This document shows, piece by piece, positions 1 to 11,341 of a stretch of 64,000 bases of DNA (its first letter is position 1; each line of letters starts with the position of its first letter). The notes beneath the pieces are model-generated. The model did no database searches. It was not told where the DNA came from and saw nothing but the letters and a program-made list of their open reading frames with translations. Both the position numbers and the translations under genes were made by a program. The stretch is taken from NCBI GenBank assembly GCA_032718475.1, contig JAUCBJ010007585.1:31265-95264 (forward strand), given 5' to 3'. The stretch is from Nemertoderma westbladi (taxonomy: Eukaryota; Animalia; Xenacoelomorpha).

Positions 1-438
1 TTCAAAGTATCATTGTTAGTGTATTTGCCCATATCGCTTCAAGGCGGTAGTGTAGACTTGTGCCGGACTTCACTTTTTCTGCGATATCTCTAGAACTATT
101 TGCTCTACGTTAGTTTTGAAGGTGTCTACCCCCACTACCCCCACACTTTCTACTTTCAACTTTCAAAATGCACTTGTCCAATGGATGTTCTATCTTACTT
201 GAAAGTGGAAAACTGGCATTTCCAGCATTGCAAACCAATCAGAGGGTAATGTTTATCAAATTATAGTAGCTACAGTATATAACATTAACAAGTTTTTTTA
301 ACAACATATTTTAACAAGTTTGGATCGAAGACTTTGATATAGTGGTGTATAATGGAATCGCAAGCAACAATTATTGAATCTGTCGATCATACATAGTTCA
401 TACTACTAGGATCGGCATGCTGCATTGCAGCTGCATTT

Positions 439-645
439 TTAAGAATGCTGTGCCGGCTTGTCAACAAAATTGCACCGCCACAACTCCCTATCACCCATGA
501 CATTTGCTAGATCATCCGCATCTTTAAGGCCAGTGTCCTTTAAGATGCGTCTCAAGAAAGTCATGGGCTGTCCACCATGCTTATTCACTCCATGAGGCTG
601 CCAAAGTACAAGATTATGCACTGGCTGGTCCTCACGGCGAAAGCA
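439..645 (-). mobile_element. 3' fragment of an RTE-type non-LTR retrotransposon ORF
   Basis: Minus-strand translation CFRREDQPVHNLVLWQPHGVNKHGGQPMTF...LKDTGL...MGDRELWR resembles the C-terminus of RTE-clade ORFs (VLW-P-G-R--GRP ... DR--WR). Confidence 0.65.
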
Positions 646-1353
646 TAGTTCATAGCAATCGTTGAAGGCTGTTGAGGAATATACGGATCATACAGAGACA
701 TAAAATTGTTGAACCTACATCCACATCATCATATGTTGAAACTGACAATGGAAAATCGATATTACGTTGAAGCAAACGCCTCGAATGGAAATCTAACAAT
801 AAACATTAACGATTAGGTACACAGACCTTCATTAATCTCGCATGGTTGGTTAATCGTCTTTGTATAATTTATATATATCTATAAAGACTCGGTGGAGGTG
901 TGGTATTATAAAGGTAGTATGTTGTTACTTTACACATAACTACCGGTAAATCCCATCTTGGCGAATTTATATCCTGCCTCAATGTTAAATTCTCAATTTA
1001 GGGAAAGGAGCGGGTTACAGTGACACGTTATTTTAACCAATACAATAACTTAAACACAAGAGAACAGGTTACAGTTTTATTTTTGAGAGTATTGAGCTGT
1101 TATTTGCGTCGAATTTCCCCTGGAGAGGGATGAATTTTGATTGCGCTTGAAATGTATAGTGCTTATTATAACTGGGATAAAATCAGTTATGGGGATAATT
1201 AGCACCTATGTAGTTTCTATAAATAATGTTTAATTATTATATTAATATATAATATTGCAAGAGTACTGTAAGGAAATAATCACACCTGGTTTGTTGCTAT
1301 GGAGAAATTTATCGTTCTCCAATCAGAACTAACTCTGTCCTTGTATTGCAAAC

Positions 1354-1618
1354 AATAATAATAATAATAATAATAATATTGGTTATTTATATAGCGCTTT
1401 TCTACGCTCAGCATACTCAAAGCGCTTTTATTATCATTACCCTAGCAAAGCCAGGTTCCCATTATACCGCTGGGTTGACGTAGGCACTAATGTCTAAAGG
1501 TGCCTAGGGACACAACAGTGCGAAATTTCTACAGCCTTTAGTCGGATTCGAACCTGCACCACCAAACACTATTGTGTAAGCAGTTCAGGCGCCGTATCCA
1601 CTCGGACACTGCGACATC
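1354..1618 (-). mobile_element. tRNA-derived SINE with L2-type 3' tail
   Basis: Minus strand starts with pol III A box (GTGTCCGAGTGG) and B box (GGTTCGAATCC) and ends AAGCGCTTTGAG...AAAAGCGCTATATAAAT plus (ATT)n, a tail typical of L2-mobilised SINEs. Confidence 0.8.
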
Positions 1619-1834
1619 TAAACTAAACAATCACTACTTAAGATCTAATATTGAGAGTTGAGTAAGTTATATTGCAAATTTAAATGTATAAAATTCAGCA
1701 AATTAGCAGTAAATAAGTGATAAATAATTATGTTAACAATAACACTTTATAAATAAATTATAATAGCATAGTACAAACATGCTTATTGTGACTGGGACTG
1801 ACTACATACTGGTAGACTTTAAATTCCGTAAAAC

Positions 1835-2186
1835 TTGCACTACGGAGACTGATTGAAGGAATTAAGTCGAAGAATCTCCCCGCAGTCATGACTTTTGTGG
1901 ACTTCAAGAAGGCATTCGACTCCATCCATAGAGGCAAAATGCTTGAAATCCTAAGAGCTTATGGAATACCAGAAGTAATTCTTGCTGGCATTGGATTGTT
2001 ATATTGTGACACAGAAGCGCAGGTACTCTCACCAGATGGTTAAACTGAGTTTTTCTCAATCCTGGCTGGCGTACTGCAAGGTGACACATTAGCACCATTA
2101 CTATTTGTAATTGTGCTGGATTACGCAATGAGGACAGCCACAAAGGGTGAAGACCTGGGATTCACACTTCAAGAACGCAGACGTCG
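1835..2186 (+). mobile_element. RTE-type LINE reverse transcriptase fragment
   Basis: Translation LALRRLIEG...FVDFKKAFDSIHRGKM...AGVLQGDTLAPLLFVIVLDY with one in-frame stop; truncated at both ends. Confidence 0.85.
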
Positions 2187-3739
2187 CGTGTCGCACGCGT
2201 CGCAAAACAAGACCCATTGTTTATTGCAAAGAAGCATTCGAAGTTGGATTTGTGCCATGAATTTAGCGCTTACGATATTCGATTGTGAAAGATAAGATTT
2301 TTGAATGGCATGTTTTGATGTTGGACATTTTACTTCTACCACATGTGTTGGTGTAATGGCATCTGAAATTGCATCAAAAAATTAAGATTTTGTGGTATTT
2401 TATAAAAACACTAGCTACATTATTAAAACAGTACATACCATTGAAAACACTAGCTACCACAAACATTTGTTTTCATTTTCTTTAAAACATTTTTTTTTCA
2501 CATGTAACTAGCCAAAATATGTCAGGAACATAAATCAATAGCCCAAAACATTATGTTTTGGTATTTTTTTGGTATTTTGATATTTTTGGATGTCAAACCA
2601 AAAACAGCTATTATGAAAATAAGAATAATGGTGACACGACGGGCAACACTAGTACCAGAAGCAGTAACACTTTACAGTGAACTGACAAAAAAAACTAAAA
2701 CTAAATCATATCCATCTAGTGCTAATCCACCCATCCCACATTGTTCCCTGTAAAAACAATTAAAAAAATAATAGATTAATGATACGCCTGGAAGTATTTA
2801 GCTAGCAAAAATTTTTTTTAGCTACATACAGCTCTACGGTACAGGTATGGGCGAAATTAATATTATTCTAGAATAATTAACTTGATATGAATAATTTGCC
2901 TCCATACCGCTATCCTATAATCGATTCTTAACGCAACACAAATACACATCCAAATAAATACTTAGCTACATTTATTATTTGTTTTATTTTAGATACTGTA
3001 ATATTATACTTTATATTAGCCAATCAACAGCGCTTGACGACTGTTGCTGTGTTATGGCTGACGTCACTCGTGCAGTTTTCTGAAATGGCCTAATTTTTCG
3101 ATGTTGCTAATTTTGGCTTTTTAAAATTGCTATAACTCGGCCAATATTATTTTTTTGAAGTAAAATTGCTCTCTGGGTTTTTTTTCCCGCTCTTTCATAT
3201 GAAACCAACGAAAACTCGAAAAAAAATTTCCGAGTCGTCTACCGCATTAAACAAACTCTCAAACTCTTAAAAACTGTAACAACTCGGTAGCGTAATAATG
3301 TATTCAACTAGTTTGTGAAGTAAATTATTATCCTACACTTACTATTTCTCACTGGGACTTTCATCTTTGAGGATTTACTTCCATGTTCGTCTTCACCATG
3401 TTGCCGTGTTATAGGATGAGGAACAACGCGTTCCACATTATTACCGCTGAAGATAAATTCTCATTCTCTTGGTCTTCATTTTTGCTGCTGTCCGAATCGC
3501 TGTCGCCAGATGATTCTAAGATGAAAAAATATTAATAATATATAAAGTATAAATGGTAGAGTTAATGGTGAAAAATATCGAGACTTGAAAAATATCGAGA
3601 GCAAAAATAATTGCTCGATCCTCACAACTTTTCGTTTTTTTTTCGAATTTTCTTAAATGAACATTTCTATTGAGCAATGGTGAGCAAGCGTGGGGACTTT
3701 TCATGAGGCTACCTCTGGATATTATAGAAGCAAACATTT

Positions 3740-3888
3740 TTGCGACACGTTTTCCTTACTGCTTTTCCATGGCCTAGCTCTTGTGTGGTTTATTGCATGT
3801 TTTACTTTAGTTTTAGCACTTTTATTTTAAACGTATCTGGGGATATTCACCCCAATCCAGGCCCCTCTCTTCCATCTATTAAAGTTAT
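3740..3888 (+). mobile_element. 5' part of a CR1/L2-group LINE ORF2 with 2A-like motif, interrupted by a Gypsy insertion
   Basis: Hydrophobic stretch then SGDIHPNPGP. Removing the Gypsy element and one GTTAT copy joins it in frame to KVMLTNIRSL, the APE motif-I region at ~7940. Confidence 0.75.
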
Positions 3889-4083
3889 TATTATGTGTTT
3901 GAATAAAGAAAGTTATGTAATTAATTAGTTTACTAACAAACATATATATTAGTGGCCTACTTTCCTTCCATCACCTTATATAACTAATCGCACTCAACAT
4001 TAACTTTAACCAAAGTTCAAACATACTGAGTTAAACCATACAGCTGTATTAATAAGAGTCAATATAAATAAATACCCATTACA
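3889..4083 (-). repeat. 3' LTR of compact Gypsy
   Basis: Direct repeat of 7740-7934. Confidence 0.95.
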
Positions 4084-7021
4084 CATTTCCCCCACAAGAG
4101 TCCCCCTTTATCACTTTTACGTCCCTTACGTTGACACTTCTTCCGTCATCTAAAATAACTACCTGTCCATAAGGGCGAGCAGCAACAACGCCAGGTTTAT
4201 CATACTGAGCTGCCAATTTTGGCTTAATACCTCTTGCTCGAACTATTATGGTTTCTCCAACTTGCGGTCCGATAAATTGAGTCTCTTTTGATGGCCAATA
4301 TTTAACTGGGGGTGTTCCAATTATCCCAGTTATCTTTTCGATAGGTGATGTTCCAGTTGTTTCGTGGACTTGGCGGTTAATATTGTAGACCGCTTCTTGC
4401 AGATTATCAATCCAAACACCTTTCATGGACCTAAGTCTATCATTGAGAGTTCTATGAACGCGTTCACATACTGAGTTCCCTTCAGGGTGGTAGCTTGTTG
4501 TATGTTTTGAGGTAATTTCACAACGCTGGACAATGTTGTTGAACACATTACTTAAAAATCGGGTGCCACGGTCAGATAAGAGAGTACGTGGTGGTCCAAA
4601 TTTATAAACCCAATTATCTAAGAAATTTTTACCAATTGTTTGAGCATCTGTATTTGTTAAAGGCGAAGCTACTAAATATTTTGTTGCATGATCAATAATT
4701 GTTAATATAGACATATACCCAGAACGTTGGCGAGGTAGAGGTCCAACAATATCTATTGCAACATATTGAAATGGAACTACTTCAGGTGCTTTAGGTAAAG
4801 ATTCTTGCTTAGGTAAAAACTGACGATATGATTTTTGGGAGGCGCATACTCGGCATCCCAATACGATATCTCGAATTAGTTTTCGCAAATCCGAGCACCA
4901 TAATCCAGCTGACAATATACTCAAGCGAGTCTTTTTTGTTCCAAAATGACCTGCCTCATGAAACTGAGTTATTACCTTTCGTATTTCTTGTTTGGGTATT
5001 ACGATTCGATTAAAATAATATAGTACTCCATTTACTACGTTATAGTTTTGTCTAGGATTTTCCAATATTTCAACTAATTTTATATCCTTTAATTGATCTT
5101 CTCGCCAATTTGTTTCCATTGTAACAGCTGTCGCCGCACAAAGATGAGAAGGAATAAATTCTTCAGCATTTGGTTTCAATTTCACTATTGCTCTACTAAG
5201 AGCATCTGGGACTATATTATCCTTTCCAGGGCGGAAATGCATATTAAATTGATAATCAGATAGTGTATCTCGCCATCTGGCTTGCCTAGCATTGTGTGCA
5301 GTTCCATGCACTAATGACAACAAGGGTTTATGATCTGTATATATGTCAAATAATCGCCCATACAAAAAAGGATGATATTTCTTTACAGCCCAGACTAATG
5401 CCAAAAATTATCTATCGGTTGTAGAGTATCGTTGTTCCGTCGGAGTTAACTTTCTACTGCCAAATGCAATCGGTTTTTGCACACCACATTTTTCTTGTGA
5501 CAATACTGCACCTAAACCAATTGAACTAGCATCAGTAGACAATTGAAAATCTAATGTAAAATCGGGTAAATCCAGCACTGGGTGGGTTTGTAATGCCTCT
5601 TTGAGTCTATCAAACGCTAACTGGCAATCAATACTCCAAACGAAATCTTTGGGTTTCCCAGATTGTATAGAATATAAAGGGGAAGCAATTGTTGAAAAGT
5701 TTTCAATAAACCTGCTATAAAATTTAACCATGCCTGTGAATGTCTGAACTTCTTTTTGACAACCAGGTTTTGGATAACTGATAATGGAAGATACTTTTTC
5801 AGGGTCCGATGTTATCGTACCATTCCCCACTATGTACCCAAATACTCTCACAGATTTTTTTCCAAATATACATTTCTTTGGATTTAATTTCAAACCATCA
5901 CGTCGCATTCTTTCAAATGCGGCTTTAATCATTTGTAGATGGTCCTCTATAGAACGACTAGATAACGTGATGTCGTCTTGATATGGAGGGACATTAGAGA
6001 TATTCTGCATAGTTTTTGATATTTCGCGTTGAAATTTTGGTCCTGAATTACACCATCCAAACGGTACGACAGTGAATTGATATAAATTGTCACCCGCTTG
6101 AAATGCTGTCTTTGGTCGTGATTCCTCATCCAATGGTATTTGCCAATACGCAGATTGTAAATCTAAGGTAGAAATCACATTGGCATTAGCTAACTCATCA
6201 AGGATATCATCAATTCGAGGTAATGGAAATTGGTCACGTATAGTAATATCATTTAACTTTTTATAATTAACAACGAAACGTTTTTCACCTCCATTCGGAC
6301 GATTTACTAAAAGGCAAGGAAATGCCCAGGGAGAACTACTGTGCTCTATGACATCCATTTTCAGCATTTTATCCACATGTTCCAGTATTTCCTTGGTCTC
6401 GGCTGGGCTCTTTCTATATGACCTAATATATATCGGATCATTATTTTGGGTTTCTATTTTTACATTAGCTTCAATATGATGTCCCAAATCTGAAGAATCC
6501 CTTGCAAATATATCCGAAAATTCCCAACATAATTCTTTCAAATTTTCTACCTCTTTAGATGACCAGCTCATCGGGAATTCAAAATTGTTTAAGAAATCCC
6601 GTTTTACTAAGATGTTGTTCTCATTTTTGTCATTTATAGCCACTGCACAACAACCTTTGTTGTTATCATATGGGAAAGAAATTTCCATTTTTCCAAAATC
6701 GATAACAATTTTCAAGGACATTAATATATCCTTGCCTAATATAACTTCGAAATCGTTACTTGGCATCACAAATCCAAACCATTGACAAGTAACACGATCC
6801 CCTATACGAAACTCAAAATACCCGTATTCCGTCACAGTAAAATTAAAACTACCCAGAGTTGTGAACAACTTTCGAGGTCCACTCCTTATTTGTAATGCAG
6901 CTTCTCTAAAAAATTTTAAATCAGGCACAAAACTATAATCAGATCCAGAATCTATTGATGTTTTACAATTCTTACTCACACCTGTCACCCACACTGTTGT
7001 AGATAAGGCTGGCAATGACAT
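4079..7021 (-). CDS. pol: Gypsy pol (PR-RT-RNase H-integrase) with one in-frame TAA at 5408-5410
   Basis: PR IDSGS; RT LDLQSAYWQI, PFG, YQDD; RH TDAS, YSTTDR*FLALVWAV, TDHKPL; IN H-H-C-C, DIVGP, SDRG, ERVHRTL. ORFs 5408..7021 and 4079..5404 are in the same frame. Confidence 0.93.
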
Positions 7022-7704
7022 TAATTTCCCGGTGTCATTGACAGCCCCGACCCGTTTTTTGGTTTATTTCTACAAACAGATGCTACATGATTCATTTCAC
7101 CACATTTATAACATACCTTTCCTTTCCAACAACGTTGTGCTGAATGGTTACGCTTTCCACATTTGAGGCACTGAATTTCTGACGACTTTGTTGCTGCACA
7201 TTGCCACTTAATTTCTTCATCTGGTAAACTTTGTATGAAAGCCGCTACCTCCTGAGGTGGCGTATTTTTGTTACTGTACATCCATGCTTGTATGGTCGGA
7301 CGTATGTTAGCGTTATTGGAACTCACCAAACGTTGAACAATTGCATCATCTTGCAAATTCAGATAATATGCTAGAAAGCGTAACCTTTGTAAACTAGTCA
7401 TTATATGTGATGGTTGTTCAGTTTTTAACTCGGTAAATTCTGCAGCCGGGTCAATTGGTCGTTTTTGTCGATACCATTCTACTTTAATTGCCTCAAACGC
7501 AGTTTTTAATGTAGTACGACCATCTTCGAATTTATATTCCAATATTGATAATAATCCCTCTGATAAAAATTGTGGTAACAAAGTAACCATTTCTTTGCCA
7601 TTTGTGGATTCGTCATATTTCTTTCGAATAAACCATGCTTCCACTTGACGTGCCCATGCGGTGTACGATATTGATTCCACAGATAAGATTGGTATACCCG
7701 ACAT
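7021..7704 (-). CDS. gag: Gypsy gag (227 aa) with two CCHC zinc knuckles
   Basis: First ATG after the PBS (MSGIPILS); CLKCGKRNHSAQRC and CYKCGEMNHVASVC. Confidence 0.9.
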   Translation of the reverse strand: MSGIPILSVESISYTAWARQVEAWFIRKKYDESTNGKEMVTLLPQFLSEGLLSILEYKFEDGRTTLKTAFEAIKVEWYRQKRPIDPAAEFTELKTEQPSHIMTSLQRLRFLAYYLNLQDDAIVQRLVSSNNANIRPTIQAWMYSNKNTPPQEVAAFIQSLPDEEIKWQCAATKSSEIQCLKCGKRNHSAQRCWKGKVCYKCGEMNHVASVCRNKPKNGSGLSMTPGN

Positions 7705-7739
7705 TATTTCTAATATAATCAAGCTACACACTGCGCCAA

Positions 7740-7934
7740 TATTATGTGTTTGAATAAAGAAAGTTATGTAATTAATTAGTTTACTAACAAACATATATAT
7801 TAGTGGCCTACTTTCCTTCCATCACCTTATATAACTAATCGCACTCAACATTAACTTTAACCAAAGTTCAAACATACTGAGTTAAACCATACAGCTGTAT
7901 TAATAAGAGTCAATATAAATAAATACCCATTACA
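7740..7934 (-). repeat. 5' LTR of compact Gypsy
   Basis: Direct repeat of 3889-4083, adjacent to the PBS. Confidence 0.95.
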
Positions 7935-7939
7935 GTTAT

Positions 7940-10700
7940 GCTGACAAATATTCGTTCACTGCCTTGTAATTGGCATTTTTTGCCAGATAATCTATCCTCA
8001 AACTTTGATATACTTGCATTCGTCGAGCCTACTCACATAACCCGAACAACTAGCATATCACCATCCCCCGTTATTTCCACTCTGCCGAATTCTATCTCCA
8101 ACATAGATATTTCGAGCCCTTACGGCACAAGCAACCACTGCGTAATTACTTTCTCATATAAATTTCCCTATTCAGACAATACCAGCATACACTAGACGGA
8201 TTTGGCTTTATAAGGAGGCGGAATTTCCAAAATTCAGGCGCCTTTTGACTGAAACTAATTGGGACAGTGTCTACACCGATTACACTGAAGTTGATGACAT
8301 CGTTTCGATCTGTACAGATTGATTTTTCTTTTGTGCCAGTTCTTCAATTCCAAATAAAATTATTACAGTACACCCAAATGATAATCCGTGGTATACCACT
8401 GAGTTAAGACGCCTCTCTCGCATTAAAGATAGAGTACATCGGGCTGCTACATCCACCAACAACTGCAACTCTTGGAACAACTTTCGTTCAGCTAGAAATA
8501 AGTACTTTCTAGAATGCCGCAAAGCCAAAAATGAGTATTTTGCAAACCTGTCAGAAAAAAATCTTGCCACAAGGTCTTCCAGCAAACAATGGTGGTCAAT
8601 TTGCAAACAATTAATGGTAAAAGCTCCGGAACTGGAGATTACCTCAGTATCTCATAATAACATCGTTGTTGTATGCTGTGGAGTAGGCGGACCTCTCTAA
8701 ATCTTTCTTTATCGATCAATACTGATTGGACGAATCTAACTTCATTATGCCAAAAACTGCTCCTCCAGAACCTGTGCTTACCAAGATCAAATTTTGTGCA
8801 TCTAAAATTCTGTGTGACATTAAAACTTTAGACCCAGATGATGCTACCTGTCCCACCAAAGGAATTTCAAACAGAATGATAAAGGCTGGAATGCCGGTGA
8901 TAAAAGATCACGTTTCCAAATTCTTTCAATTTATCTTTGATAGTGGGTATCATCCAAAAAAATAGAAAATGCGCTATGTCCTGCCACTCTTGAAAAAATT
9001 TCCAAGTGATATTTGTAACAACTTTCGTCCAGTTGCTCTTACCAGTAACCTTGGGAAGTTGTTCGAGCACTACATTCATAGAATAATCTTCACTCATATC
9101 AAGACCTACATCTCCAAATTTCAGTCTGGTTTCAAGGGTGGGGATGGTACTATCTATCAATTGATTTCACTCTACAATGCCCTTGCTAGTGCTTTACACA
9201 AAGGGAAGAAGGTCCAAATAGTATTTCTAGATATAAGTAAGGCTTTTGACAAAGTCCATCACAAAAGTCTGCTGCATAAAATTGAAAACATGGGAATTGG
9301 GGGGAAGCTTCTGGAATGGCTCCACAACTATTTGAATTACACTTTTCAATGTTTTGCAGTGAATGGTCAGCAATCGTCTTGGGTGAAGGTCTTGGCTGGA
9401 ATCCCCCATGGTTCTGTCTTGGGACCCCTACTGTTTTTGATTTTCATCAACAACATAATGGATGTAGTTAGTGGCAACATTAGCCTTTAAGGTGATGACA
9501 CTGCTCTCTACATAGAGGTCAATTTCAGGTCCAACCGCATTCTTGCCGCATCTAATCTTAATGCAGACCTTACTTCAATATACAATTGGGGCGCGAGATG
9601 GTTAGTTCAATTCAACCCCTTGAAGACGGAGAGTATGCTGTTCTCACATCGCAGGTCATGCAATCATAATCATCTTCCTCTCTTCCTCAATGGTATCTCG
9701 ATCCCTGAAGTTGAAGAGCACCAACACCAACACCAACCACCACCAGCACTAAAATGGCACTCACAGGTTGAAAAAATGCTAAAATCTGGAAATAATAAGT
9801 TAAATATGTTACAAATTGTTAAATACAAGGTTAGCAGGGATGCACTCATGAATATTTACAAATCTTTTGTCAGCTCAAACTTGGAATATGCCAGTGCCAT
9901 TTGGGACAACTGCTCTCAGGATCTCAAATTGGAGTTGGAGCTCCTAAATAAGGAAGCTATTCGAATAGTTTGCAGATTGGCAGTTTCTTGCCAGACGAGC
10001 GAACTATATAAGGAGTCTGGGCTGTGCCCTGCCCACTCTAACAAAGACGAGAATTTAAGAAATTGTGTATAATCTACAAAATGATGACGGACCGCGCCCC
10101 CCAACACTTATTGGATATCCTTCCACCTGTTGTTAGGTCCGCTAAGTGCATACAACACCCGTAACTCCACGAATGTTCACCCTCCTATGGCCCATAGGAA
10201 CTTCTACAGAGATTCGTTTCTAACTTCTACTGTTAGAATGTGGAACTCACTTCCAATCGATTTGCGTTCTGCAGGCACAATTGAAAGTTTCAGGAATGGT
10301 GTATTTCCAGTAATATGTTCCTTGTCTCGTGTTCCCTATTATTATACACTGGGATCAACATCAATCAACAGCTTATTGATGCGACTCGGATGCAATTGCT
10401 CCTCAATGAATTCCGATCTCTTCTCTAACCATGTTAAATTAACAAAATTATGTTCCTGTGGTCATCAGCGAGGACGCATTCCACTACTTTATGGAATGTT
10501 TCCATTTTCACTCTCTTCATGTTGTCTTGCATGCAGCTATTTCAAATTTAGGACTAATGCCAACATTGACACTATAAGGCCCTCCAACAGATGTTAATCA
10601 CCCATCATCCATAACTATGCAGCACAACAAGGCGCTTATTCTTATGACCTAATCTCCGCATTTGTATCCAACACAGGTAGTTTTAATTTCCTAGGGTATA
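7940..10700 (+). mobile_element. Degenerate CR1/L2-group LINE ORF2 (partial APE, RT, C-terminus)
   Basis: TSNHC APE end; NFRPVALTS, FLDISKAFDKVHH, GIPHGSVLGPLLFLIFIN, (*)GDD, LEYASAIW. Several stops and frameshifts; 3' end approximate. Confidence 0.9.
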
Positions 10701-11341
10701 AGTGTCATCCGACTTCGGCATGGCGACCTAGATGCTCATCTTAATGACTGCAATAAACCCAGATATTATTTTTTTAAATTACAACCAAACCTAAATTAAT
10801 TCTTTTATAACCTAGCCCCTACAAATTTTAATTTACAACATTTTGTGGTTGCAACACAAAATTTTTTATTCTACTTGGATGTAACAGTAATTTCTATATT
10901 TCTATATTCACTCTACTGAACGCTGTAATTACTGGCTTACTTTTGGGATATCAATTTTTCAACTTCCTACTGCGATGGATCTGCATGTTTTGGTTTGGGT
11001 ATGTGTGAGGTGTGTGTTACCTCTTTCCTTTGTATGTACTGTAGTCGTACCTGGGTATGTGCGCTGTGTTCATTTCCATTGTATGTCTGTTGTGCAAATT
11101 GAATTATAAATATTGACAAGAGGGTTCTCATAAGCTTCGGCTTGTTGCCCAATTGTCCTCTTCTGTGGATAATAAATGTAAAAAAAAAAATTCACCTAAC
11201 CAGTGTAAACACTTTTGTGGTGTGTCCATAGGCATCCTACGCACCAGCACAAAATATAGGTTTACCTGTACAATGTATATACAATGAAAAAAATAAACAT
11301 AACATGCTCCTGTAAGCTGATACAGTACCTCCAATCACAAA

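Larger units (their letters stand above)
3889..7934 (-). mobile_element. Full-length compact Ty3/Gypsy LTR retrotransposon (4046 bp)
   Basis: 195-bp LTRs at 3889-4083 and 7740-7934 with no difference seen by eye; 5-bp TSD GTTAT (3884-3888, 7935-7939); PBS TGGCGCAGTG next to the 5' LTR; G-rich PPT before the 3' LTR; order gag-PR-RT-RH-IN. Confidence 0.97.

Noticed and set aside
1530-1618. Possible tRNA gene
   Set aside because: A and B boxes are present, but I could not form a convincing cloverleaf and it runs into a SINE body and tail.
38-3250. Possible Kolobok-like ends (GCGGTAG near 46 and CTACCGCATTAA near 3250)
   Set aside because: Only about 7 bp of inverted match and no clean TTAA on the left.
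5408-5410. Programmed readthrough of the TAA in Gypsy pol
   Set aside because: The stop replaces a conserved RNase H Glu in mid-domain; a nonsense mutation or sequencing error is simpler.
7705-7794. N-terminal extension of gag in the ORF track
   Set aside because: It starts inside the LTR and crosses the PBS; the ATG at 7704 is the more plausible start.
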